Under the pieces are notes generated by a model. It made no database searches. It was not told the origin of the DNA and saw only the letters and a program-made list of their open reading frames with translations. From Novosphingobium aureum (GTDB lineage: Bacteria; Pseudomonadota; Alphaproteobacteria; Sphingomonadales; Sphingomonadaceae): DNA of 32,000 bases. The translations under genes were made by a program, and so were the position numbers. Below, piece after piece: positions 1-9,203 of this stretch (the first letter of the stretch is position 1; each line of letters starts with the position of its first letter). The stretch is from assembly GCF_015865035.1 (NCBI RefSeq), contig NZ_JADZGI010000001.1:88593-120592 (forward strand). The letters run 5' to 3'.

Positions 1-620
1 GGCTTCCACCATAGCAGCACCGCGATCAGCCCGAGGTAGCTCGCGGCATTGATGGCGAAGGCGAAGGAGACATCCCAGATCGAGATGAGCAGGCCACCCA
101 GCGCAGGCCCTACCGAACGCGCGATGTTGAACGAGATCGAGTTGAGCGCGATTGCCTGCGGAAGCTCGGAAGGGGCTACCTGTTGTCGTACCGAGGCCTG
201 CCAGGCGGGCGAGTTGAGCGCTGTGCCGATGCCCACCGTGAGCGTGAAGGCAAGCAACAGGTAAGGAGAGATCAACCCGGCATAGGTCAGCGCGGCAAGC
301 GCACTGGAGACTACCAGCATGCCCAGCTGCGCGACGAGCATGACCACGCGCCTGTCGTAATTGTCGGCGATGGCCCCGGCGAAGACGCCGAAGAGCATGA
401 TCGGCACCGTGGCGGAGGCCTGAACCAGCGCGACCAGCTGGTGCGAGGGGGTGAGCTCGGTCATCAGCCAGGCGGCTGCGACCCCCTGCATCGTCGCGCC
501 AAGGTTCGAAAACAGGTTGGCGATCCAGATCGCGCGGAATACGGGATAGCGGAACGGCGAAAATGCGCCGCTCGACGCCGTCGGCCCACGCTGACCTGCC
601 TGCCCCATTTCGGACTTCAT
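1..620 (-). CDS. MFS transporter (EntS/DUF894-like), N-terminal part only; gene runs off the left edge
   Basis: Absent from the ORF track because it has no stop inside the window. My minus-strand translation from the ATG at 620-618 reads MKSEMGQAGQRGPTASSGAFSPFRYPVFRAIWIANLFSNLGATMQGVAAAWLMTELT...FAGAIADNYDRRVVML...SVGPALGGLLIS. This is a typical MFS TM1-TM5 region with the D-R-R loop. Confidence 0.75.
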   Translation of the reverse strand, partial: MKSEMGQAGQRGPTASSGAFSPFRYPVFRAIWIANLFSNLGATMQGVAAAWLMTELTPSHQLVALVQASATVPIMLFGVFAGAIADNYDRRVVMLVAQLGMLVVSSALAALTYAGLISPYLLLAFTLTVGIGTALNSPAWQASVRQQVAPSELPQAIALNSISFNIARSVGPALGGLLISIWDVSFAFAINAASYLGLIAVLLWWK

Positions 621-762
621 CGCCCGACATCCTTTCCTGCTCGCCCAATTTCCTGTCGCCGAGGCGGTTACGTCGGCCACAGCGCCCCGGCAAGCGTGTC
701 CTTGCAGGACTTCCGCCTGCAGAAGCCTGCGCCCCAGGGCTTCATCCCCTATGGTCCTGACC

Positions 763-1260
763 CTAGAGCAGGTAGCGCATCCTGATCGTCTGCCGTTCGT
801 GACGCGCGGCGACGTCGAAGGCCGCCTTCTCGAAGGCGGGCGGCCCCATGCGCACCGGCGCATCGCGCGAGAAGCCGAAGCCCTCACGCGGGATCATCAA
901 CGCCTTGTCGAGCTTTCCGTTGCCGTTCTCGTCGTGGATGAGCGCGATCGCATAGCGACCGCCGGGGATCGCGGCGAACGTGAAATCGACTTCGGGCGCG
1001 GCGGGAACGGTGAGATGGCGCGCGTCGGGATCGTGCTCGCAATCGGGGAAGCGATCGGCCTTTGCTGTGATGCAGGCGATCACCTGCCCCTTGTCCGAAC
1101 GCAGGTCGGTAACGTGAACGCTGACCTGCGATGTCGCAGGCTTCACCTTCACAGGCCCGCCAGGCGCCGGAGCGGGCGGAAGGACGGGCGTGGCCACCTG
1201 CGACGGCGCGCTCGCGCTGGCGGCGCTTGCAGCCACCCCTGCGAGAAGCGCCGCGATCAC
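763..1260 (-). CDS. DUF2141-domain secreted protein
   Basis: C-terminal part of the 763..1716 ORF: ...VSVHVTDLRSDKGQVIACI...GRYAIALIHDENGNGKLDKALMIPREGFGFSRDA. The start is placed at GTG 1260-1258, which overlaps the upstream TGA stop (GTGA) and gives a signal-like N-terminus (IAALLAGVAASAASASA). The longer ORF would overlap the hydroxylase gene. Confidence 0.65.
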   Translation of the reverse strand: MIAALLAGVAASAASASAPSQVATPVLPPAPAPGGPVKVKPATSQVSVHVTDLRSDKGQVIACITAKADRFPDCEHDPDARHLTVPAAPEVDFTFAAIPGGRYAIALIHDENGNGKLDKALMIPREGFGFSRDAPVRMGPPAFEKAAFDVAARHERQTIRMRYLL

Positions 1261-1991
1261 GGGCGCGAGATGCCGCGGTCGGTCCCGCAAAGGTGGTCCC
1301 AGACGCGAAAGTAGAGACCGTAGTTGCATCGATAGTTCTCGTGGTGCCGGTGGTGGTGGCTGGCGGTGATCAGCCAGTTGCCGAAACGCGACTCGACGAG
1401 CCGGCGCGGAAATATTTCCCAGCCCATGTGATTGGTGATGCCCATCACGGTCATGATCGTGAGCAGCATGGCGAGCACCGCGACGTGGATCGGCACGAGG
1501 AAGGCGAGCGCGGGGATCACCACCGCGCCGGTAACCGCCTCGAGCGGATGAAAGCTCATCGCCGCCCAGGCGGTCGGCGGCCGGCTCGCATGGTGCACCG
1601 CGTGAAAGACGCGGAACACGCGCGGGCGATGCATCCAACGATGGGTCCAGTAGAACCAAGTATCGTGGAGGAAGAGGCACAGGACCAGCGAGACGGGCAT
1701 CCACCACAAGGGCCATGCAGCCGGGTCACTGTAGATACGTGTCCAGCCGTGCGCCTGCCAGCCCCAGGCGACCACCCCCGCAGGCACGCCATAGATCCCG
1801 GCAGAGAGCAGCGAATAGCCGATTTCGGCGCGGATCTGCTTGTCGAGCCCTTCGTAGAGTCCGGGACGGCGACGATGCGTGACCCAGGCGAAGAGGCCCG
1901 AGGTCGCAAGATAGCGCACCCCCACGATCGCCGTCATGGCGAGCATCGAGCCCACTAGGGCAACCAGACCGGGACCGGAAAGCGATGGCAT
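1257..1991 (-). CDS. fatty acid hydroxylase / sterol desaturase family membrane protein
   Basis: 244-aa ORF with histidine boxes HDTWFYWTHRWMH, HAVHH and HHHRHHENYRCNYG, plus several hydrophobic segments. Confidence 0.85.
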   Translation of the reverse strand: MPSLSGPGLVALVGSMLAMTAIVGVRYLATSGLFAWVTHRRRPGLYEGLDKQIRAEIGYSLLSAGIYGVPAGVVAWGWQAHGWTRIYSDPAAWPLWWMPVSLVLCLFLHDTWFYWTHRWMHRPRVFRVFHAVHHASRPPTAWAAMSFHPLEAVTGAVVIPALAFLVPIHVAVLAMLLTIMTVMGITNHMGWEIFPRRLVESRFGNWLITASHHHRHHENYRCNYGLYFRVWDHLCGTDRGISRP

Positions 1992-2202
1992 TGTCCGGGC
2001 TTATGCCTGCAAGCCCGATGCATGAAAAGCCGCGCGACACGGCTCGGCGAAAATCTCCGGGCATATGCCCGGCGCGCGGAGGGATACCGTCCTCCCGCAT
2101 GGGCCGGATACGAAGAGGCGGCGTGAACGCCTTGACGTCACGCCGCCTCGTCAGGCTCGATCGCCCGCTTCTGTCCGGCTCGCAGCCGGGCCGGTACGGG
2201 CA

Positions 2203-3696
2203 TCAGCCGGTGCGGCGCACCGCACCCTTGTGCGAGCCCATGCCCTTGGGGCCGCGCGAGCGGAACCGGCGCTGGCCCTGGCCCTGCTCGTCGCCAGCGT
2301 GCTCGCGACGCTGCTCGCTGCCGCCCTGACGCGAGCCGCCATCACCCCGGCCGCCTTCACGACGCCCGCCTTCGCGGCGACCACCGTCGCGGCCACCGTT
2401 CTCACTGCGGGGCTTGCCCTCGCCGCGCGGCTTGCCGCCGCCCTGACCGCCACGACCGCGACCGCCGCCCTGCTGGCCACCGCCCGAGGGCTTGCGGGCA
2501 GGTGCGGGCAGGCGACGGGCCTCGACCACGAAGTCCTCGGGCAGGCCGAGCGCGGTCAGCTTGACGCGCGTCAGACGCTCGATGTCGCGGATGTAGGGCT
2601 TCTCGTCCGGCGCGACGAAGCTCACTGCCACGCCGTCGGCGCCCGCACGCGCGGTGCGGCCGATACGGTGGACGTACTGCTCGGGCACGTTCGGGATCTC
2701 GAAGTTGTAGACGTGGGAAACGCCCGAGACGTCGATGCCGCGTGCGGCGATGTCGGTCGCGACGAGGACGCGGATCGTGCCCTGGCGGAAACCGCCGAGC
2801 GCCGCGGTGCGCTGCGCCTGGCTCTTGTTGCCGTGAATCGCGGCCGCCGGAATGCCGGCTGCGGTTAGGTGGCGCACCACGCGGTCCGCACCGTGCTTGG
2901 TGCGGGTGAAGACGAGCGCGCGGTCGATCGCGCCGTGCTCGGCCTTCTCGGCTGCGTCCTCGGCAAGACCCTCGCGCAGGCGAATGGTCAGCAGCGCCTG
3001 CTTCTCGGCCTGGTTGATGAAGGTCGCATACTGCTCGACACGCTCGGCAGTGGTCGACTGGGGAGCGACCTCGACCTTGACCGGGTTGTTGATGAACTGC
3101 TTGCCCAGCTCGGCGATCGCCTGGGGCATGGTCGCCGAGAAGAACAGGCTCTGGCGCTGCTTGGGGAGCAGCGCAGCAACGCGCTTGAGCGGAACGATGA
3201 AGCCCAGGTCCATCATCTGGTCGGCCTCGTCGAGCACGAAGATCTCGACGTGCTTGAGCGTCAGCGCGCGGCTGTCGATGAGGTCGAGCAGGCGGCCCGG
3301 CGTCGCGACGAGGACATCGCAGCCACGCTCGAGCGCGCGGGCCTGCTTGCCCGCCGGAACGCCACCGAAGATGCACTGGATCGAGAGATTGAGGAACTTG
3401 GCATAGCCGCGCATGTTGTCGGCGATCTGCGCTGCCAGCTCACGCGTGGGCGAGAGCACCAGCATGCGGCAGCCCGCGTTCTGGCGCGGCTTGGGGTCGG
3501 CGGCGAGGCGGTGCAGCGAGGGCAGCGAGAAGGCTGCGGTCTTGCCGGTACCGGTCTGCGCGATGCCGAGCAGGTCGCGGCCCTCGAGCAGCGAGGGGAT
3601 CGACTTGCGCTGGATCGGCGAGGGATCGGTGTAGCCCTTGGCTTCGAGCGCGCGGAGAATGGGCTCGGCCAGACCAAGGTCGGAGAAATAGGACAT
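2203..3696 (-). CDS. rhlE: ATP-dependent DEAD-box RNA helicase (RhlE-type) with Arg/Gly-rich C-terminal tail
   Basis: 497 aa. Q-motif region GYTDPSPIQ, Walker A AQTGTGKT, DEAD box VLDEAD, SAT, HRIGRTARAG. The last ~100 aa are an RGG/RGE low-complexity tail. Confidence 0.95.
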   Translation of the reverse strand: MSYFSDLGLAEPILRALEAKGYTDPSPIQRKSIPSLLEGRDLLGIAQTGTGKTAAFSLPSLHRLAADPKPRQNAGCRMLVLSPTRELAAQIADNMRGYAKFLNLSIQCIFGGVPAGKQARALERGCDVLVATPGRLLDLIDSRALTLKHVEIFVLDEADQMMDLGFIVPLKRVAALLPKQRQSLFFSATMPQAIAELGKQFINNPVKVEVAPQSTTAERVEQYATFINQAEKQALLTIRLREGLAEDAAEKAEHGAIDRALVFTRTKHGADRVVRHLTAAGIPAAAIHGNKSQAQRTAALGGFRQGTIRVLVATDIAARGIDVSGVSHVYNFEIPNVPEQYVHRIGRTARAGADGVAVSFVAPDEKPYIRDIERLTRVKLTALGLPEDFVVEARRLPAPARKPSGGGQQGGGRGRGGQGGGKPRGEGKPRSENGGRDGGRREGGRREGGRGDGGSRQGGSEQRREHAGDEQGQGQRRFRSRGPKGMGSHKGAVRRTG

Positions 3697-4001
3697 TACG
3701 TCACTTTCGAATTTTCATGCTGGGGCGCGCCGGGAAATTGAACGAAGCGCGCGCACGGCAAGGTGTCGTTACGGGCGACCCTGCGTGAAGAAGGAAGCTT
3801 GGTTCAATGACAACCGCTCGTCCGGGCCGGTTACGGGATTTTCCGGCTTCTCGCCGGCCCCGAGACCTCACGCCGCTCGCGGACTGCGGCACAGAATCAG
3901 ACTGCGCGCGCCGGTTGCTGGGGGCCAGATAGTCGCTGCGCCGCACAAAAGCAAGATAATTGCGCTTGCCCGTCCGATCCGAACCTGCTGACCATGGCGC
4001 G

Positions 4002-4193
4002 ATGAGCAAGGTCCCCTCTCCCTGCCGCAACGCCTGCGCGCTCGATTCTGCACAGCGCGTGTGCCGCAGTTGCCACCGCACGATCGAGGAAATCGTCGCC
4101 TGGCCCCGGCTCGATGACGATGCCAAGCGTGCGGTCTGGGCCCGGCTGGAGAGGAATGCACAAGAGCAAGCCGCGAATGGTTCGATGCGATGA
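4002..4193 (+). CDS. DUF1289-family small Cys-rich protein
   Basis: MSKVPSPCRNACALDSAQRVCRSCHRTIEEIVAWPRLDDDAKRAVWARL, the SPC...C.GC.RT..EI..W pattern. The internal ATG at 4002 is chosen over the ORF-track start at 3960. Confidence 0.7.
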   Translation: MSKVPSPCRNACALDSAQRVCRSCHRTIEEIVAWPRLDDDAKRAVWARLERNAQEQAANGSMR

Positions 4194-4200
4194 AGCCAGG

Positions 4201-4992
4201 ATGAAGCAGTTGGGTCGACGTGATCGTAGGCTTCTTGCCGGGCTGATCCTGCTCGCCGCAGGATCGGTCTGCGCGCTCGCACAGGCGATCATCGTGCGGG
4301 CCTATATCACGTTTGCGGTCATGGGACATTGGGACTGGTTCGGGCGAACGTTTGCAGTCCGCGTCCCCGCAAAAGGACCCGAGACTTTCTGCTTTGACTG
4401 GTGTGCCCCGAAAATGCCTTTTATGGCCGGGTCCCTCGCGATGGCATGCCTCTTCGTCGCCACTGCGCTCTTGCTACAGGCCTGGCGCAAGCCATTTGCC
4501 GGGCAGCGAGACCCCAATCATGGACAAGTGCCAGAACACGCGGACGAAGCCGAGAGGGGACTGACCTTGGGGTCGGCAACATTCGAAGCCCGCATGCCGG
4601 TTTGGTGCGTGCTAGCCGAACTCTTCCTCGACACTTCCTCTGAGGAGGAAGACTACGACCGGATGGCGCAAATCCTGTGCCGCTCACCCTACACCACCGC
4701 CGAGCTTGAACAGATCCTGAGAAACGAAGTCTCGCCAGTATCCGCGTGGAACCTGTTCGATATCGCCGGCGAATGGGCGGGATGGAGCGAAGAAGACGTG
4801 CGCAGACTGATGTCGCAATGGTTTGAGAAGGCAGCTTCGAAAAACCCGACGGCCCGGCTCAAGGTCAGGGCTGCGCCACGCATGGTGCCCGATGACTGGT
4901 GGCCCCTCGCCGAGCGCCTCGAAGCTTTACGCGTTACCCCTCCCGGTCCCACTTCTGCGTCTCGGGATCGGACCCCACCACCAGCCGCCTGA
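4201..4992 (+). CDS. hypothetical membrane protein; C-terminal part resembles a small conserved family with the LAELFLDT...AGEWAGW motif (DUF7079-like, from memory)
   Basis: ATG at 4201 lies just after the DUF1289 stop. There are two hydrophobic segments, then VWCVLAELFLDTSSEEEDYDRMAQILCRSPYTTAELEQILRNEVSPVSAWNLFDIAGEWAGWSEEDV. Third-position GC is visibly lower than in neighbouring genes. Confidence 0.45.
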   Translation: MKQLGRRDRRLLAGLILLAAGSVCALAQAIIVRAYITFAVMGHWDWFGRTFAVRVPAKGPETFCFDWCAPKMPFMAGSLAMACLFVATALLLQAWRKPFAGQRDPNHGQVPEHADEAERGLTLGSATFEARMPVWCVLAELFLDTSSEEEDYDRMAQILCRSPYTTAELEQILRNEVSPVSAWNLFDIAGEWAGWSEEDVRRLMSQWFEKAASKNPTARLKVRAAPRMVPDDWWPLAERLEALRVTPPGPTSASRDRTPPPAA

Positions 4993-5467
4993 GCGCGGTG
5001 CGCGCAAGGCGCTCGACTTCGACCTTGCGGCGCGCGGCGGCCATCTGGCGCAAGGGCGCGGGGCGCAGGATTTCGGCGTCATAGCCGTCGGCGACGATCA
5101 CCCCGCAACTCTCGGGCAGAAAGGCCTCGGTCTCGAGCGGGGCACGGTCGAGCGAGGGCGGCAGCGCCCAGTAGAACCGGTCGCAGTAGTCGAGATAATC
5201 GGTCCACTTTCCATCGCCGAGTAAGTCTGCCCGGCTGACCTTGATCTCGACCAGAATGACCTGCCCGCGCGCGTCGATCCCCATCAGGTCGGCGCGTCGG
5301 CCATTGCGCAACATCATCTCGGGCGTGCACCAGATGTCGTTGCGCGCAAAAAGGCGCGAGACCCCGCGCACGACGTCGGCCGCAGTGGACGAACCAGTCT
5401 GGCCGACATCGCCGCCATGCCCCTGCAAGGAGTCATTCGCGGCATTGCGGGCGAGGGGGGAGGTCAT
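4934..5467 (-). CDS. mmcB: MmcB-family DNA repair protein (PD-(D/E)XK nuclease fold)
   Basis: GRRADLMGIDARGQVILVEIKVSRADLLGDGKWTDYLDYCDRFYWALP has the D...E-x-K core. The start is uncertain: ATG at 5467, 5488 or 5512. Confidence 0.7.
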   Translation of the reverse strand: MTSPLARNAANDSLQGHGGDVGQTGSSTAADVVRGVSRLFARNDIWCTPEMMLRNGRRADLMGIDARGQVILVEIKVSRADLLGDGKWTDYLDYCDRFYWALPPSLDRAPLETEAFLPESCGVIVADGYDAEILRPAPLRQMAAARRKVEVERLARTALRRLVVGSDPETQKWDREG

Positions 5468-5548
5468 TGTCGATTCGTCCTGCGGCATGCCCACATGATA
5501 AGAACATACCAAGAACTTGCAACCCGTTTCGCGGATCGGCTAGGCCTC

Positions 5549-5983
5549 TCAGCCCATCCGGCGCATCGCCGTATCCTGCGGCGGCGCAAGGGCCAGCAGC
5601 GCATCGCGCGCACGGCAAAACTCGTCCCACAATGCCAGCGCCGCCGCACGCGGATGTGCGCCGCGTGCCATTGCGGCAGCCAGCGCGGCCAGCCCGGGCT
5701 CCATGATTGCGGTCAGGTCCTCGATGCCCTGCGCAGCCAGCGCACGGTGCGCCTCGCCTGCATCGCGCATCATGGCCGGATAGGCGCGCACCAGCTGCGA
5801 GAGCGGCGGGCAAGGCATACCGCATATCGCGGCCACCGCCTCTGCGGCGTCGTGGAGCGCCGACCACTTCATGCTCAGTGCGCTCGCCGAGCCGAGACCG
5901 AAACCGGCACGACCGGACCGCGGCATCTCTGCCTCGCCGCCTTGCTGGCCGATTCGATGGTTAGCTGTCGCACGCATGATCAT
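5549..5983 (-). CDS. hypothetical protein
   Basis: 144-aa ORF with host-like GC3 bias and no domain I recognise. The start is uncertain. Confidence 0.35.
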   Translation of the reverse strand: MIMRATANHRIGQQGGEAEMPRSGRAGFGLGSASALSMKWSALHDAAEAVAAICGMPCPPLSQLVRAYPAMMRDAGEAHRALAAQGIEDLTAIMEPGLAALAAAMARGAHPRAAALALWDEFCRARDALLALAPPQDTAMRRMG

Positions 5984-6152
5984 GGTCCTACATTCGACAG
6001 CATTGCCGAATTGCTAATACGCCGTGGCGCCTGCAGGACGCTTATCTGACAAGGCCTCGATACGATCTTGCGACTCGCGCGATGGCACGCCTTGGCCCCA
6101 CGCATTTTGTCGCTGGCCACCATGCCCGCGCTCTGCTAGTCGCCCATCGACT

Positions 6153-6229
<77 letters not shown>

Positions 6230-6399
6230 GCTTTTCTGGGATTTTTGCACCCTCGGAGCTGGGGCAGTCTTGGCCGGGGAAACGGCTAGGGAAAACATTT
6301 CTAGGCTGAAGTGATTCCTATGGGGACTCAGAGTCGCTATCCAGTTGCTCTACTCGCCTTGAGCCGATAGAACAAAACGGCAATGCGAAGGGAGCGGCT

Positions 6400-8046
6400 G
6401 TGAAATTCATCGAGGACCAGACGGCCCAAAAGCTGCGCGGCGGGTACTACACGCCTCTGGATCTCGCCTCGTTCATCGCGCGCTGGGTCGGAGAGATCAA
6501 TCCCGACAAGGTCCTCGAGCCGAGTTGCGGTGATGGTGCATTCTTTCAGGCCATGTCCGATGTTGGCGGCTTCGAGAAGTCGGCCCTGACTGGCTTCGAG
6601 CTTGACAGCGACGAGGCGGGCAAGGCCACCCGTCGAGCGAAGCAGCTCAACCTTTCGAAGGCCGCCGTCCGCTCCGAGGACTTCCTCGGCTGGGCAATCG
6701 AGAACAGGGCGAAGGGCGGTGAGCGATTCGACGCCGTGGTGGGCAATCCCCCATTCGTTCGATACCAGTTCCTGCCTCCGCAATTTCAGGTCCGGGCCGC
6801 CACGATCTTTGACGAGCTCGGGCTCAAGTTCACGAAGCACACCAACGCCTGGGTGCCGTTCATACTCGCCTCAATGTCGCTGCTGCGCCCCGGGGGGCGT
6901 TTGGCGATGGTGGTCCCGGCCGAGATCATTCACGTCACTCACGCCCAATCGCTCCGCAGCTATCTCGGCAAGGAGTGCCGGCGGCTTGTCATCATCGACC
7001 CGGAAGAGCTCTGGTTCGACGGTACGCTGCAAGGCGCTGTTATCCTCATGGCAGAGAAGCGCAGCAGCCCGAGGCAGAAGGCCGAAGGGCTCGGCATGGT
7101 GCCCGTCCGTGGACGAGAGTTCATCCGGCGTTCACCATCCGAAGTCTTCGCAGAGCCGCAGTCGATCAACGGCAAGACGGTCGCTGGCAAATGGACCCGG
7201 GCGCTGCTCGACCTCGAGACCCGTGACCTCTTCGACGAGCTCGAGGCTCATGCCGAAGTACATCGCTTTGATGACATCGCGCGCGTGGACGTGGGCATCG
7301 TCACTGGCGCGAACAAGTTCTTCCTCGTCCCTGACGCGACCGTCGAAGCCTACGGCTTAAGCAAGTACGCGCACCCGATGTTCGGGCGCAGCGAACACTG
7401 CCCGGGCGTGATTTATGACGAACAACAGCACGCAGCGAACGCCGAGAAGGGAAGCCCAACCAATTTCCTCTGGTTCGATGACGCGCCCAACAAGATGGCT
7501 AAGAGAGCGCGGCAGTACATCGAGCGCGGCGAAGCCGAGAAGCTGCACACTCGCTACAAGTGCCGCATTCGCGCCCCTTGGTACAAGGTCCCCTCGGTTT
7601 ATTCGACCGAAGTGGGAATGCTCAAGCGTTGCCACGACACACCCCGCCTAATCCTCAATAAGATTGGCGCGTACACAACCGACACGGCTTACCGCATTCG
7701 CACCAAAGAAGCGGACGGTAAGCGGCTGGTCGGTTGCTTCATCAATCCGCTCACGGCCCTCAGTGCCGAGCTCGAGGGCAGGCACTATGGCGGCGGTGTC
7801 CTCGAACTCATTCCATCCGAAATTGAGCGTCTGGTCATTCCGATGCCCGAGAAGGTCGAGCTCGACTTAGCCGAGCTCGATAACTCCATACGGAACCGGC
7901 CCACGCACGAGACGCTCGAGCGACAGGGCGAGGTAGTCCTCGGGGCACTTGGCATCTCGAAGGCGAAGCAAGCTAGCGCACTCGAGGGTTGGCGAAAGCT
8001 TCGCAACCGGCGGCATAGGACTTCGACGGAAGCGGTTCCGGCCTAG
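6400..8046 (+). CDS. gamma-class N6-adenine DNA methyltransferase (Eco57I/TaqI-like MTase domain + C-terminal target-recognition domain)
   Basis: GTG start with AAGGGAG RBS. GGYYTP (aa 14-19), motif I EPSCGDGAF (aa 40-48), motif IV NPPF (aa 116-119, nt 6745-6756), and the C-terminal HYGGGVLELIPSEIERLVIP typical of TaqI-like TRDs. Confidence 0.85.
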   Translation: MKFIEDQTAQKLRGGYYTPLDLASFIARWVGEINPDKVLEPSCGDGAFFQAMSDVGGFEKSALTGFELDSDEAGKATRRAKQLNLSKAAVRSEDFLGWAIENRAKGGERFDAVVGNPPFVRYQFLPPQFQVRAATIFDELGLKFTKHTNAWVPFILASMSLLRPGGRLAMVVPAEIIHVTHAQSLRSYLGKECRRLVIIDPEELWFDGTLQGAVILMAEKRSSPRQKAEGLGMVPVRGREFIRRSPSEVFAEPQSINGKTVAGKWTRALLDLETRDLFDELEAHAEVHRFDDIARVDVGIVTGANKFFLVPDATVEAYGLSKYAHPMFGRSEHCPGVIYDEQQHAANAEKGSPTNFLWFDDAPNKMAKRARQYIERGEAEKLHTRYKCRIRAPWYKVPSVYSTEVGMLKRCHDTPRLILNKIGAYTTDTAYRIRTKEADGKRLVGCFINPLTALSAELEGRHYGGGVLELIPSEIERLVIPMPEKVELDLAELDNSIRNRPTHETLERQGEVVLGALGISKAKQASALEGWRKLRNRRHRTSTEAVPA

Positions 8047-9203
8047 TTGATCTCTATGACGAAACGCGATTGCGGGTTGGCTGGCTCGTAGAGTCTTAGG
8101 TCGCGTCCGCGCAAACCCTGTTGCTTTATGTGACCGGTAGCGCCTCCCCAATGGAGGCCCGTAGTATAGTTGCCCTGCCCAGCAGCCCAAGCGGGTTTGT
8201 GGCTCAGCGATAGGTCGAAGTCGCCAACGTATACGCCCGCTATCACTAGCGAGATGGGAACATCAGCGACATCCTTCTGCTTGGCAGCATCGTAGGTCCA
8301 ATTCAGTTGCGCGAAGACCTGATTGCGGAAGTAGGTCTTTTGGTCGATCGTCTGCCCATTCACTTGATATCCCGCTTGAGTCAGGCGGAGAACCCCGGGT
8401 ACGTTGCTTCCCTGATTCAGTTGCAGGTCTGACGAGGGGAGGTTGGGCTTTACCCAGACCAACTGACCGAAAGTTGGAGGGGCCGAAACGGTGGTTTGAC
8501 CGCCGCCCGCAACCGGGGGCTTCGGCTTTCGAGCCTTTTTCTTTGGCGGTGCAGTTAGGGGAAGCGCGATGGGCGACTTGCTTGTTTGTGCCCCCTGCTT
8601 CCCAGCGCCGTAGGCGGTTTGCGTCTTGGGGTTTCGCTCGTCCTCGAGCAATCCCTGCTTGAGCAGATCGACAATCTGGCGGCCGGAGGTAATCGGAAAA
8701 CAGTGTAGCGGATGATTGGCAACTAGGTCCGCGAAGCCGTCGAGAAAACCGTCAACGAACGCTTTGTCGGAAGCATCGGCGTGATCGAGCTCGAGATCGG
8801 CTCCTGCTTCGATGTTATTGTACAATCCCGGATGAGTCAGGTTCGCGCTGCCGATAATTGCGCGTGAGCGATTGGCGGTAGAAGCGAGATACACCTTGGG
8901 ATGGAAGATGCGACTGCGAGTAGCCGTGTCCACACCGTACAGTTGAATGCCGAGTTTTAGGAGGGCAGCCGCCGCTTGAGCAGTTGTCGAGCCGTTGCGG
9001 ACACCGATGAAGGCTCGAGTATTGCCCGCCACAGGAACAAGAGCCGCCGACACAGCGCTAACACCGGCCGAATTGGCGAACGCCGAAGAGATGAGCAGGT
9101 CCGTCATCCACGGCTCGCCAGCGAGCGAAATTAGTTGGTCTGCGTGTTTATGCCCTGCCACAATGGGCTGAAAGATCGGTCGAACTTGCGCCATGAATTC
9201 CAC
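8043..9203 (-). CDS. phospholipase-D (HKD) family nuclease with Lys/Pro-rich linker and C-terminal putative DNA-binding barrel; candidate restriction endonuclease
   Basis: Single HKD-type motif IFHPKVYLASTANRSRAIIGSANLT (H101 at nt 8903-8901). Linker APPKKKARKPKPPVAGGG. The C-terminal ~140 aa are beta-rich. The start is GTG 9203 or, more likely, ATG 9194. Confidence 0.75.
   Translation of the reverse strand: MEFMAQVRPIFQPIVAGHKHADQLISLAGEPWMTDLLISSAFANSAGVSAVSAALVPVAGNTRAFIGVRNGSTTAQAAAALLKLGIQLYGVDTATRSRIFHPKVYLASTANRSRAIIGSANLTHPGLYNNIEAGADLELDHADASDKAFVDGFLDGFADLVANHPLHCFPITSGRQIVDLLKQGLLEDERNPKTQTAYGAGKQGAQTSKSPIALPLTAPPKKKARKPKPPVAGGGQTTVSAPPTFGQLVWVKPNLPSSDLQLNQGSNVPGVLRLTQAGYQVNGQTIDQKTYFRNQVFAQLNWTYDAAKQKDVADVPISLVIAGVYVGDFDLSLSHKPAWAAGQGNYTTGLHWGGATGHIKQQGLRGRDLRLYEPANPQSRFVIEIN

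Noticed and set aside
1261-1716. N-terminal extension of the DUF2141 ORF to 317 aa
   Set aside because: It would overlap the hydroxylase gene by >450 nt in another frame. A GTGA-coupled start at 1260 gives a plausible signal peptide.
2065-3741. Plus-strand ORFs 2065..2868 and 2869..3741
   Set aside because: Antisense shadows of the DEAD-box helicase gene.
6400-9203. MTase + PLD nuclease as a fragment of DISARM or BREX
   Set aside because: DISARM needs DrmA/DrmB helicase/DUF1998 partners, and BREX needs PglZ/BrxC and a much larger PglX. None are in or near the island, and the MTase is a compact TaqI/Eco57I-type enzyme.
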